From Monocercomonoides exilis PA203 (lineage: Eukaryota > Protista > Preaxostyla), in contig LSRY02000005.1 in assembly GCA_001643675.2 (NCBI GenBank), positions 496,001 through 560,000 on the forward strand: a stretch of 64,000 nucleotides of DNA. The letters are read 5' to 3'. Below the pieces are notes generated by a model, which was given only the letters and a program-made list of their open reading frames with translations, made no database searches and had not been told where the DNA came from. Shown in pieces: positions 26,856-39,771 of the stretch. Both the position numbers and the translations under genes were made by a program. Every line of letters starts with the position of its first letter. Position 1 is the stretch's first letter.

Positions 26856-27438
26856 TATATTTTGAGGAAAATTAACAGAATTATTCCACTTGCAGTTATT
26901 GTGAAAACAACCTTGTCCTGTATTTAATGCGATGTCCGGGATTTTATGCGATATCTGTACTTCCATCAAATTAATGTGAAAAAACTTGTTTATGATAAAA
27001 ATGATGTGAAATAATCATCAATAATAATTTTTAGGGTTCCAAAAAGATGCAATTTAATTTTCCTTTTAACAGAAATTAATTTTTCCATTATCGATTTCAC
27101 ATTTATTTGTGTTTTTTTTTTATAAATTAATATTAAATATAAATGGGGAAAAATATGGACTTTCAAGCTTTTTATGCACAAAGCATGATAAAATTGTTTC
27201 CCTTAAACATTATTAAACTTTTCCAGATTTCAGAATAAATAAGATTTTCATATCTAAAAACAAACATCATTGATATAATAACAAAACGTTTGGTGAACTT
27301 ACACGTAATTCAAAAGTTGTTCTCATTTTCAATAAATTTTGTACACAAAAAGTTGATCAAAAGTTCATAATTTTTCAATGAAAATATCTGAAGTCAAATA
27401 TTTTGTCCCAAATAAGAAAAAAAAATAATCACACAAAT

Positions 27439-27677
27439 GGGTAATTCTTTTTGAAAAGTCGCAAATGTTAATCTTCGAATAAATCTGAAATTTCATATTT
27501 TGCTCAAATTTCTGTTTTCACTCACGAATCTTTTTTCGAATGCATGAAATAGCATTATCCTTAAATAGATTCCATATTAGTGAAGTTTGGTGGATGTTAA
27601 CAAGAATTTGATCTATATATGAAAATTTTTATTCATTTGAAAATTTATCATTTGTAACTTTTCAAAAAGAATTACCC
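27439..27677. mobile_element. 239-bp hairpin MITE-like element with GGG...CCC ends and an AAAT flanking direct repeat
   Basis: Perfect 21-bp TIR GGGTAATTCTTTTTGAAAAGT at 27439-27459 and 27657-27677. Degenerate inverted similarity continues for ~90 bp. AAAT at 27435-38 and 27678-81. Confidence 0.78.
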
Positions 27678-28224
27678 AAATTTTTCAAACAATTGTTTTT
27701 CACAAAATTTTATTATATTTCAATTCATGCTCTTTGAATTTCACAAGAATGGAAATATTTGATCAGTCTGGTTTTTATCATTGTTAAAGAGAAATATCCA
27801 TTGTTTGTTCTGAAATTCTTTAAAAATCAAAGTTTTTTTCTTTATCTTTCTTTCTTTCTTTTGAATCAACATAAATTGCTAATTTATTCTCATTTCGGTT
27901 ATCATCCGTTTCATGTGCAGGATTGTTTGTCTTTTTGAAAAAAGAAGTTAGGAAATAATTCTTTTTTCTTCCAGGAACTTATGAACGATAAAACCAAAAA
28001 AACAAAAAAACGTTAAAAGTAGATACATACTCATTTTTAAGATTTTTCCCCGAGATGTTTTTATAAAAAAAACTTTCGAAGGACAGAAATCCATTCAATT
28101 TTACTAAAATATCTTGATCACAACAAAACCATTTTTCTTATTTTCTTTTAAAAAAAGTTGGCAAATTAGAATATTTCTGAATGAACGTTTTAAATTCATA
28201 AAGAAAAATCACACCTTTCAGCTA

Positions 28225-28298
28225 GCCCACCTAGCTCAGTTTGGTAGAGCGTTCGGCTTTTAACCGAACGGTCAAGGGTTCGAGTCCCTTGGTGGGCG
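28225..28298 (+). tRNA. tRNA-Lys (anticodon UUU), intronless
   Basis: Cloverleaf: acceptor GCCCACC/GGTGGGC, D-arm GCTC/GAGC, anticodon arm TTCGG-CTTTTAA-CCGAA, T-arm AAGGG-TTCGAGT-CCCTT. No encoded CCA. A T5 Pol III terminator follows at ~28303. Confidence 0.97.
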
Positions 28299-28574
28299 AA
28301 TGTTTTTGTGTATTTTTAAAACAATATTAAAAATGTTAAAATAAAATTATATGACTTGTGAAAATGTTAAAAAATTATGAAAATTTTTAACTTTTAAAAT
28401 AAAAATTGTTTATTCATGAATTTTAACTCATATCTTGTTTTTTCACACGATATTCTTGTGATAAACTGTTTTATTTCATAATTGAAATTAAAATAAAATT
28501 CTTTTGCTTTTAAAAGAAAAAATTGTTTTCTTATCTTTCTTTTCCTCCTTTTGATAATTTGGTGGACAATTCCA

Positions 28575-31500
28575 TTATTTTGAATGAACATAAGAAATTG
28601 GGTTGTGTATAATATCATTTGGAGTTGGTATTTGTTTCAAGACTGGCTGACGAGTTTTGGATTGCATTGTTGTTGAAGAGGAAGCTGAATAACTGGATGA
28701 AGACAAGGGAGATAATGAAGAAGCTAGTTGAGAAGATTGAATTGCGGATGAATGAGGAGAGGAAGTGAAGAAAGACTGATCCGTTTTAAGAGAACCAGGA
28801 TGAGAAAGAAGTCTGTTAGGAGCTGATGAAAGCAATTGCGAAGTGGATGAAGAAGTCGAAGAAGAAGATTCCGAAAGAGAAGAAGATGGAATATTTGGAC
28901 GTGAAAAGGGAGTTGCGTGCTGATAGTGTGTATGTGGAAGAAGCGGTGAATGTATTGGGAAAGATCTGAGATGTGGAGAAAGCGACATGGAAGCAGAGGA
29001 TGTTTTGACAGAAAACGAAGATTGCGAATGTGAATTTAGAGGAGAAGAGGAATATGAAGTGGATAATTGTGATGCTTGCGATCTTCCTCCGTCCCCGTAC
29101 AGAACAGAACGATCTTTTCTTTTTGATTCTTCATCTTCACTTCGTTTGAGCTCACTAATTTGTTTTAGCCCTCCTTTCAGCAAATTGTCTGCCTGCTCAT
29201 ATTTCCTGATTGAATCGTTGAGTTGGCTCATCTTCTGTGAAAGATTGGTGATAACTTCGTTCTTCTTCACAGATTCAGCTGCAAACTCCTGCTTAATCCT
29301 TTGGAGCTCCTTGTCCTTTTCGTCAATGAGCGTAGTATTCATTGAGAGATGTCTGTGAAGTGTCTTCATTTCCAGCTCAACTGACGACAGGAGCGATAGA
29401 ATAGACAGAGGCGAAAAAGGAAGTGGAGAGGATGCAACGGAAGCTGGAGATCCCAAGAATCGATCAGGAGACAATAAAGAAGATGAAGAGGAAGAGGAAG
29501 AGGAAGAAGAAGCAGACTGAACAGAAGAAGCAGACGATTGAAGCATTTGTCCGAGGCGCTGTTCAATCTGCTTCAGAAGCAGCTTCATTCTGTCATTCAT
29601 CTTCTGCGTGGTTGTCTCGCTCTGCTCTTTTGCATCCTCAGTCTTCGTGTTCTGCCTCTGCGCCTGCAGCTCGCGGAGAGACTCTTGCACAGCAGCCAGA
29701 AGAGGCTGAAGAGACACAATGAAAGACGGTGGTGAATAAGGCGAAGATGCAGATATTGTTGACATATTTGATTTCATGTAAGTGAAGAAATCCAGCGATT
29801 TTGACATTCCTTCCAAGCATCGATCGATCTTCGATTCATTAAGTGAGGATGAAAGAGTTTTAGGTGTTGACACAGCTGACGAGCGAGAGGAAGACAAATA
29901 AGGCGATGATAAGTATTTAGAAGTGTAATCGTTCTTCTTAACTTCGCAATCACTTATCGTAGACTTCAAAGCTTCGAAAAGCGATTGAAGCTTTCTTGTT
30001 TCCTCTTCGATCTTTCTGTTGAACTCAGAAATTCTCAAATTCACTCTTTCATCGTCGTTGAATCTTTCTTCTTCGATCCATCTTCCGCTTTTCCCGATCT
30101 GCCCTCTTTCTCCTTCTCTCGTTCGCCGATACTCTTTCTCCATCTTCTGTACGTCTGCCATCGCCTTCTCAGCTCCTCTGATTTCATTCTTTATGTCAAT
30201 CAGCTTTTCGAATTCAGTTAGCAATAGCTCTTTTTCCTTCTCCTTCTCTTTCCTCATTCTGTCCTGTTCTTTGCCTCTTTCCATTTCGTCCATTTTCGCT
30301 TTCTCTCGTTCCATCTCCAATTCTTTCTTTGCTTCCATCTCAAACTTATCCATCTTTGCCTTCCATTCAGCTTCTGCACTTTCTCTTTCTCTTTTGAGTT
30401 TTCTGATTTCTTCTTTCACTTTGCTCAACTCCATTTCAACTTCTTTTCTCTCCTCTTCTGCCATTTTGACTCTAATTTCTGCTGCCCTAACTTTGCTTGC
30501 ATCTGTCTCATATCCTTTCAGCGATTCTATCGATTTCAGTAATCTGTCATGCTCTTCTTCTTTCTCTTGAATCAATCGTTTCATTGCGTTTTCCTTCGTC
30601 ATGCTTTCTTTCTCATTTGACAGCAACTTCTCTTCTAATTTCTTTATTGCTTTGTCTTTTTCTTCCTTTATTTTATCTCTTTCTTCGCTCAATCTTTTAA
30701 TCTCATCCTGTTTTCTCTTCGCTTCTTCTTTGCTTTCTATCTTAATTTTTTGCACTTCTTCGCTAATCTCTTTGACGTTTTTATCTGTTTTTTCTTTCAG
30801 CTGCTTCAATTCTTTTTCCAATGCCATTTTTTCATTCATAATTCTCTGATTTTCATTCATTTTTTCAGCAAGTTCTTCAGACATTTCAATCACTTTTTTG
30901 CTCTTCTCATTCAAATTCTGGCGGAATGCTTCGTTTTCGTTTGACACATTCTGAGCTGCTTCGCTTAAAAGCTGATAATCCTCCTCTTTCTCTTTGATGG
31001 CTTGCTTCAACTTACCAATCTCTTCTTTCAACTCAGATTCTCTTTTCTCTCTCTCTTTTGTTTCTTTCATTTCTTCTTCTTCTCGTTCTCTTCTGCTCTT
31101 TTCTTTCTCTTTTTGCTCTTTTTGCTCCTTTTCTCGTTCTCTCTCGTTCTGAGTCGCCTCTCTTTTCAGTCTGTCAATTTGCATTTGCAGCTCGCTGTTG
31201 CCATTTTCCAGCTCCTGTATCTTTGTCTTGTATTCATTTCCTCTTTTGCGAAGCCCTTCATTCTCCTTCAACACACCCTGAATGTGCTCAGACAGCTTTT
31301 TGGCTTCTGCTTCGTATCCTTCAATCTGCTTTTGCATCTTCAGCTTCAGCTCATGTGCTTCATTGCTCTTACTCTCCAACAATTCATTCAGTTGATCTAC
31401 TTCGTCGCTTTTGCTTGCCAGCATTTTCTTCGTTTCGCGGTGCTCTTTTTGGACTTGGAGCTGATCGTCAAGCATTTTCCGTGTTTCCTCGTCTTTGCGC

Positions 31501-34500
31501 CTCAAATCAGACCGCAGCTGATCGATGATTCCCTTTTTCTCCTTTTTCACCCTCTCAATCTCTTCATTTTTCAGTCGGATGATTTCTTCCTCGTCCAAAT
31601 GCTTCGAATGGGACAGCTCAGTCGTTTTTGTCGTCAAAAACAGCACTTTTGCTTTTAATTCCTCAATCACATCATTTTGCTCCTGCGCCTTCTCTTCGCT
31701 CTCTCTCTTCAGTGCATCCATCTCAATCTCCAGTTTCCTCTTTTCCTTTTCCTGCTCAAACCTGATTTTCCCGCTTTCATCTTGTTCTTCTTTCATTGCT
31801 TCCATTTCTTCAGCGATGCTGTTCTTTTCCTTCTCCTTTCTCTGCAGCTCTTTTTCTAGCTGCTCAATTCGGACCTCCTTTTTGCTCATCTCATCCGCTG
31901 CTTCTTCTTTCTCTTGTTGTGATTGAAGCGCTTGCTCTTTCAGCATTCGGCAATCAGAATTTAATTGCTTGACTTTGATCGATAATTCGTTGTAATCTTC
32001 GTTTAACTTCTCGAACTCTTCTGAAAGCTTTTTGTGTTCTAATTTTTCATTCATCAATTCTGATTCTTTTTCCTCCTTTAACTTTAAGAGCTGTAGCTCG
32101 TGCTGTTCATTCATTTCTTCTGCTTTCTTTGCTTCTTTTTCTTCCAGTGCGTTCTTCTCCATTTGCAATGCCTCCACTTTTGTTGCTATTTCTTCCTCTG
32201 CTGCTTGAAGCCTTTCCTTCAAAGACTCAAGATCTGCTTCTAATTGATGATTATGCTTAGTTAACTCATCCATTTTCTGTTTCATTTGAACAACTGTTTC
32301 CTCTTTTGCTTCTTTTTCCTTTTTCACCCTTGAAATCTCAGCTTCATTGGCAGTCAGCTTTTTCTCATAATCTTGGAAATCTACCAAAGCATCATTATAC
32401 TTATGGCTGAAAAAGTCAAGATTCGCCTGCATCTCTTGAATCTTCTGCTCTTTTTCATTCACTTGTTCAGTCAGTCTTTCTTTCTCCTTCTGAAGATCGC
32501 TTTCCTTTGCCTTTGCGTCTTCCAGCTGTTTCTCTGCCTCTGCCTTTTCAGCACTCAGCTGCGTGTTCTCATCGCCAATGCGCTTTGCCTCTTCTGCAAT
32601 TTGGTTGATCCTCTTTCTGATGACACTCAGCTCCTCCTCCCGCGTTTTCGCCTCCTCTTTGATCTTTCTCGCTTTCTCCTCCTGAATCGCTTCTTCATCC
32701 ATTCGCTTCTGCTTTTCCTTGTTTCGCTCTTCTCTTTCTTTCTCCAATTCTTCCTTCGTTTTCTTCAGCTCTTTTTCAATTTGAGTTTTCCCTTCATTCA
32801 GTTGCTCTATCTGTTCTTCGAGTTTATTCATTTTCTCTTGCTCCATCATTCTTCTTTTGGCTTCTTGCAGTTCTTGCTGCTTTCTTCCTTCTTCGCTGTC
32901 ATCCCTCAATTTCCTTTGGTTCTCCATCAAGTCAATAAGCGTTTGATTCTCATCGTCTTTATTTTTGATCTCTTTTCTCAGGTTTGCAATGATTGTTTCT
33001 GACTCCTTAGCTTTTGTCATCATTTCGTTTTTAAGCTCATTCACAGCTTTGTCTTTCTCTTCCAATTCAGCTTCCAGCTTTTTGCATTCTTCTCCCATGT
33101 TTTCTTTGGCATTGATCGCATTCAACAATTCATCCTCTCTTTCGCTTTCTTTCTTCGCATCATCTTTTTGTTGCTCTATCATTTTGCTCTCATTTTCTCT
33201 CAATCGTCTCACTTCCTTCTTCAACACAGCAACTTTCATCTTCTCCTTTGCCAATGCCTCTTCTCTCTCAGTTTCAGCAATCTTGTTCTCTTTCTCCTTC
33301 TCCTCCTCTTTTCTCCTCGACTCAAGAAGAACCTCTTCCAGCACGTTTTTCTCGAAGTTGCGCTTCTCCAGCTCCATCCGCAACGACTCCACAACAATCT
33401 GTAGCTGCCTTCTCTCGATGATAAGAGCATCGTTTTTGCCTTTCAGCAAGTTGTTCTTCCACATCAGGATTTTGTGCACAAGACGGAAATCTGTTTCGAC
33501 CTCGCACAGAATCTCTCGATGGACAGGAAGCTGAACGGAAGTCGAAGAAAGCGGAAGAGAAGTTGAAGTTACTGTTGAAGGTAAAATAGAAGAAGAAGAA
33601 GAAGAAGGAAAGACATCAACAGAACGTGAGAATGACGAAGGATTATCTGTGGCTGTCAAAGAAGAAGAAGCTGAAGCAGATGCTGATGGTATGTCATCTT
33701 TTATAGTGCTTAGTGCAGCTGGTAACGATGTTGTAAATTTACTAAATTTTCTTTGAGATCCCTTGTTTTCATCGACCTTCTTTATAATATCCAAAGTCGA
33801 AGCCAACTCTGGCTTATTATCAGAATCCAGTGTGTCAGGTGATTCTTTGTCTTGTGGAGTGTTCTCTCTGACTGGAAGCATCGCTTCATCGCCAAGTTCA
33901 TCTTCATCTTCTCTTTCTCCTTCCTCTTTGTTGTATCTGTCATTGCGAATGCTCTCTCTCTCTCTCTTTCTTTCCCTCTCTCTTTGTTTTGCCTCTTCTT
34001 TTTCGTCAATTTCGCGCTTCTTTCTCAAAATCACTTTTTCTTCTTCTTCTTCATTCACCCACAATTTTGGTTCAATTAGCTCCAATGGGACATGTGCTTC
34101 AAATGGATTCGAACTGTTTCGCAGCTGATTCTTTTTTGAATCATCTTCTCCGCTCAGCAGTGATGTTATTTCATCCTTTGAAGCATAGTCATCTTCATTG
34201 GCCTCCTTGCTTAGTTCTTCTCCTGAAAATTGTGTGTAGAAAGAAAAAGCTGAAACTTCTTTCCCGCCTTCAGATTCACCTTCTGAATTTTTCTTTTTCT
34301 TTTTCTTGTTCTTTTTTTCATTCGCCATTTTCTCCTTTCTGCTTCTTTCAATTTCTCTCTTTTCTCTTTCTTTCCTTTCATTTTCAATTATTCGATCGAT
34401 TTCACAATAAGGTCCAAACCACATCTTCTCCTTAAATAACGCAGCTTTTTTCTTTTCTGAATGTTTTTGCATCTTTCCAGGTGCTTCAAATTCATAATTT

Positions 34501-35270
34501 CCTCGATCAAACATTGCTCGTTCTTCGTCTATGTCTTCTTCCTCTTCTTCTTCCTGTAATGCTTCAATTATTCGTTCCATTTCTTCCTCTTCTTCAATCA
34601 ACTTTCCAACTGGTTTTCCATTAAGACGGCAAATTTTCTTTTCTAGTCTTGTGATTTCATTTCTATATTCTTCATTTTCTTCCAACTTGCTAAGATATTT
34701 GATTTCTATTCCAGAAAGTTTTTGTCCCTTTTCAACTTCCAATATCATTTCATCAAGCGTTGATCTCTTGACCAAAATTTCCTCATCTTCTTGTTCATTC
34801 TGTACCTTTTGACGATCTTCAACACTTAATTTTTCTTCAGAAGACGGTGAATGACGATCAGGAGATGTTGTGAACTGAGGAGATACATCCATATATTGTT
34901 CCTTTGCAGCTGGAACGCTAACATCTTCTCCATGAGCTTGATTTGAAGAATATCGCAAATCAAAATCTGACTGCTTATATTCATCTTTTAGATCTTCTGA
35001 ATGCTCAAATTCTTGATTTACGTTGTCCGTATCTGATGGATCATTTTGAATTTTTGAATCAACAGAAAGAAATTGACGAGTCATTGACTTCTCAACATAA
35101 CCATTGGAATCTTTTGACTTTTTATTGTTCGAGTCCTATATTAATATTCATGTTATTTTAAAACACAGAAAAAAAATGTCATCAACAATATTTAAATTTT
35201 ATTTCAAAATTAACAAAACAAAAACTGATTTTTCTGCTTTAGGCGTTTGCGTTGGATCTATTGAATTCAT
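28575..35270 (-). CDS. Large E/K-rich coiled-coil protein of unknown function, ~2,200 aa. Exons 35270-35226 and 35135-28575.
   Basis: 2,169-aa ORF with over 1,000 aa of E/K/Q/L-rich coiled-coil-like sequence and a Ser-rich tail. A phase-0 intron at 35225-35136 (GTTTTT...ATAG) links the upstream exon MNSIDPTQTPKAEKS in frame. Confidence 0.8.
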
Positions 35271-35572
35271 ATCCTTAACAATTTATAAAGAAAAACGTTT
35301 ATATTACAAATTGTTTGATTTTTAAAACTAGTGATCCCGACCATACTTGTTTGATTTATTCTTTCATTCAATTTCAAAAATGAATTTTCATGCTATTTCC
35401 ATTGAAGTTTATCTATAAGAAACATTAAAAACAAAGGTTATAAGATATAAAGAATAAATTGTGAAATGGACGAAAATATAACAAATATTTCACTAAAATA
35501 TTTCCGGATGGTTTATTTCTAAAGAAAAATTCAAAATTATTCGAATAAATGTAACAGTAGAAGACAATACTT

Positions 35573-38500
35573 TTAAAGAAACGGAGATGCATCGTCCAAA
35601 TCCAATTCAATCCCGCCCATGATCCCGTCATCAAGCAGCAAAGTATCAGCTTGCTTATTTTTTCTTGAATGCAACACAGTCTGTTCATCTGAAGAATTGC
35701 CCTCACCAACTGCATCATTCATCACTCTGTTCGCGTCTCTCTGGTTCAAACTGTATGGATCATCAGACGATGATAACCTTAAAGCGTTTTGTGTGTGTTC
35801 GTCGCTGATCCCACCTATGTTCTCCAAAGGATGCCTTCTTGCAGCTGAAAAGCGACTCAAAAATTGTGCAGTTGCCTTTTCTTGAAGAGCATCCATTTCG
35901 TCCATTCCATTTTTGGTTATAATATTCTTCATGTCCCACACACATTTCCCCACTGCAATCAAAACACCTCCGATGATGGCAAATCCAAAGACCACAAAAA
36001 TCAAAATAATCACAGACAATTCCCCTGATGACAGATTATCCACCCCAACAAACCACTTTTTATTAGCATTTTTTATTTTTTCTTTTTGAAGTGCAGCTTC
36101 TTCCTCAAACGAAACTTTATCGCTTTTTATTTCAGGCAGCGGCTCTGGTTTGGGCAGCTGAAGATGCGGAACAGGCACGCAGTTGTTGAATCTGTTCAGA
36201 TAGAAGCCATCTTCGCATCTGCAAAAGACACACCTGCTCAAATCAAAAGACTTCCCATCTTTGCTCGTTGGATGGCCATAAATCTTGTGCGAATCGTCAG
36301 CTTTTTCTTCTTCTGATGATTTGATATTGCTTATTGCAAAAATATGATTGAAGACTCTGCGCAATTTACTCACAAGTCCCTTTTCTTGAACTTTTGCATC
36401 GCTAATTGAATTGTGGTTAATATTCGCAGATTTGCATCCTTCCTCGTCTTCCAGAACTTCCCAGCCAGCATGAACATCGAACAATTTACTCACCCCAGCA
36501 GCTGTCTTCACCCGCTCTTCTCCTTCCCACGTGGAGACAGAAGGCGAAAACCCGCTTGTCCAGTCTGCAGGGCAGTACTTGAACTCCATCAAAGTGTCTT
36601 CCTCGTCCCACAGCCAGCTCGACAGACTCATCATCGAATAGCTCATCTGCTGCCCTCTTCGCGGGAAGGGCTTCGGAAGCTTCGTTTTATCCAGATAGAA
36701 TTCCTCTTCCTCCTCCCACATCGGCAATTCGTTTTCCCTCTTTCCTTTATTTGAAACATCGTTTGTTTCGATGCTCTCTTCTTCGTTGCTCCTGTCATAT
36801 CCATCATCATAATCTATTTCTCCTTCCTCTTTCATCAATCTTTCCATCCTGCGCCTTTCCTTGTCAAGCTCCTCATCAATCTTGTCCTGCTCCTTCAGCA
36901 ACTCCTGGAACAGATCAGACCCCATTACATTGCCTGAGCAAAATGATCCGACATCAATACTCGCAGTTGGTTTCGCTGGATCAAAGCCCAATGCAACTGT
37001 CTTTGCCAACCGCATTTCCCACAAATGCTTCGCAAATTGCGCACATGCGCTTCCACAAAGCCCGTCAGTGAGCAGAATCATTTCCGAAGGCAGAAACAAG
37101 CGCTGCCCAGCATATGGAAAAGACGTAAAGAATGGAGAAGTCGTAAACGGATCTGCAAAGTCGCTATTTCTCGCAAATTGCTCTGTCCACTTCCGCGTTC
37201 TTGATGTGTTTCCATCTTTGCTTTTCACTGTCTTATTACGAGATGTCAGAAACCACCTGTCGTTTGGCTGAAGTGTCTCAAAATCAGTCATAATCACTCG
37301 ATACTGATCAGCAAGCAGCGGACTTGCATGGTCGTTGATTTGCGAGTGTGCCAAATCCACACGCCCATACAGCGGATGGAGCGAAGGAAATAAGAGGCGC
37401 ACAAGCCCACGCACAAGATCAACTGAGCCGCCGGTGTTGCTGCGCAGGTCAATGACCAGCTTTCGGCAGTTCTTCAGCTTCAGGTATTTCATCGTATCAA
37501 ATGTTGCTTTCACGAAGGAGTCAGTGTTTCCTGGCATAAATGAGCTGATTGCAAAAAGGCCAACTTTGAGATCAGGCATATAGTATGACATAATCTCAGA
37601 AGTTGAGGTTATAAGATAAGACTTCACATCATCACTTTCATCTTCGTCCTCAACTTTTGTTTCATTTTCATTTGGGACTTCATCATTCTTCGATGTCTGT
37701 GTGAGAATAACTTTAGCTTTGTGCGGAATGTTTACGGACACAACATTTGATGTTTTTGAAGTGTTTTCTGTCTGTTCAGACAGTCTATTGTGATATGCGA
37801 AATGTAATTGCTGACTTGGCTTCTCAAGCTCAAAACTTTGAAAATTTTTGAGCCGAACACTTTTTTTCGAATTATTTATTAATTTCGGAGAAAAAGTGTA
37901 TCCAAAATAATCTTTTGGATCAAAATATTCAGAAATAGACGCATTACTACTAATACCAAGAAAATTATATGGTGCAGTCATTGTAATTTGCAGCAGCTTG
38001 CTTTTGCTGGCAACAGAATCCAAGTAAATCTCCTTTGCACGCTCCAACGGCATTCCTCGAGATCTTTTCATTTTTGAATTGTAAGGAAAATAACTCCGAA
38101 GTGAATTGAGTTGTGCTGATGCTGGTTTCTCGGCTTTATAATCTGAATAACTGTTTAATTCTTGGCCTCCTTCCGTTTTATCTTCATCCTCATCGGTTTT
38201 TGATTTCCCTGGCTCAGAACACCACTCAGTCACATTTTGTATATCAGCCCCAGTTAGTCCATAAAATGGAACCTTCACATCTTTTTCTTTGCCATCCACA
38301 ATACACAGTATATTCCAGTAATCAGGAGGACAATCGAAAATCCCAGCCATCCGATACGAAAACTGAGATTGGATCGCCAAATTCAAACGAGCAGCCCGAC
38401 TTCGTGAAATTCCAATTTCTTCATCTGCCCATTTAGCTAAAGTTTCAATTGGTGTTTCATTTTTTGGGAAGCCTTTCCCATTTAAAGAAATTGCTTTAAC

Positions 38501-39081
38501 TTCACATCCAAGAACATTTTCAACTTGTCCAAATAATAAACAGAGTTCGGCTAACCCTGGCATCATTCCTTTTGTAACCACAGCTTTTAGAAAAGACCCG
38601 TTTTTGCTAAATTCAAATCCAATTGAAAATGGAGTCACATATGCAGCTTCATTGAAGCAAGGAGGATTGTAATCTGTATGTGGATCTCGCATTCTTCTTA
38701 AAGATTTAACAACGTCTAAATGCTTTTCAAATCCGTTTGTGTAGTTTTTGTTGTCAATTTCATCCAACACGGAAAGAATATCGATTGGCTTATCATTATA
38801 ATCAGGTGGAGGATTCATCAAAATATCTCGAAATGCATAGCCTTCGAGTAAATTTTTTATGCGAGACACTAAATCTTTAGTTTCATCCAACTATGCGTAA
38901 ATGCAATGAAAACGTTATTTCGTAAATCAACAAAAAAAAGCAACAATATTATAAATGCAAATACCGGAAAGTTAGAAAGACATTTAGACAATTCTGAAGC
39001 TTGAATAAGCTGAGTCTTTGTAATGTTGCATAATTCTCCATAAGTTGCTGTAGATAGCAAAAATATACAAACAAAAATCAT
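35573..39081 (-). CDS. Type I membrane S41-family (CPAF/tail-specific-like) serine peptidase. Exons 39081-38965 and 38890-35573.
   Basis: Signal peptide MIFVCIFLLSTATYG. Phase-0 intron 38964-38891. Motifs MRDPHTDY, KLVIDLRSNTGG and ILLTDGLCGSACAQF. Cys-rich CVFCRCEDGFYLNRFNNCVP, then TM helix VIILIFVVFGFAIIGGVLIAVG and a cytosolic tail. Confidence 0.82.
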
Positions 39082-39771
39082 AAATTAAAAATTTGTTTGG
39101 GGATCATGAAGATATAATTATTTTAATTCTCTTGAGAAGACTCAAAAAAATTGAGAAAAAATTCAACTTTGAACATGTATTAACAAATTTGATGATTGTT
39201 TCCTTTCTCATTTTCCATTTTCACATCATTTTTAATGATATGTTTAATATGCTCAATATTATCCATTTTATTCAAATGAATGAATATCGACAAATATGAT
39301 GAACGTGAAATGTTTTGTTTTCTCCATTGCATGAAAGCTTTGTTGCATTTCAGTATTATTTTTCTGAAAATAATTATCAATAATTTGAATTTCAAAAAGA
39401 ATTTCATGTAATCTGTTTCAGACAATCCATCAACAGAGCAGAATAATTAAAATGAATAAATTATAAAACGATTTGGGGCAAAATATTTGATTTTATGAAA
39501 AAAACTGAGATTTGTTCCAAACTTTTTCCGCAATCATTTCATTATAAATCGACCATTACAATGCAAATAATTTCAGAAACATTATTAAATTGAGAAAAAT
39601 TATTGTTAGAGAAGAATGGAACAAAATTCATAAAGCTAAATATATTGTCCCATTTATAAATGAAAAAATGAAAAAAATGCAATTTCTCACTTATCATTCC
39701 AACAAAATAATAATCTCAATAAGTTTTATAATGGTGAGTGTTCCCACATTTCAAAGTTGAAAGCATTTAAA

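Larger units (their letters stand above)
25551..26957. mobile_element. Non-autonomous foldback-like DNA transposon, 1,407 bp, with Tc1/mariner-pogo-type TA|CAG...CTG|TA ends
   Basis: Perfect 26-bp TIR CAGATATCGCATAAAATCCCGGACAT at 25551-25576 and 26932-26957. Imperfect inverted similarity continues ~100 bp and then through mirror-image tandem arrays. TA on both sides (25549-50, 26958-59). No internal ORF. Confidence 0.88.

Noticed and set aside
28987-34812. Many Phe/Ser/Leu-rich plus-strand ORFs that look like membrane proteins
   Set aside because: Antisense shadows of the E/K-rich coiled-coil gene. The same applies to 55322-56669 and similar ORFs.
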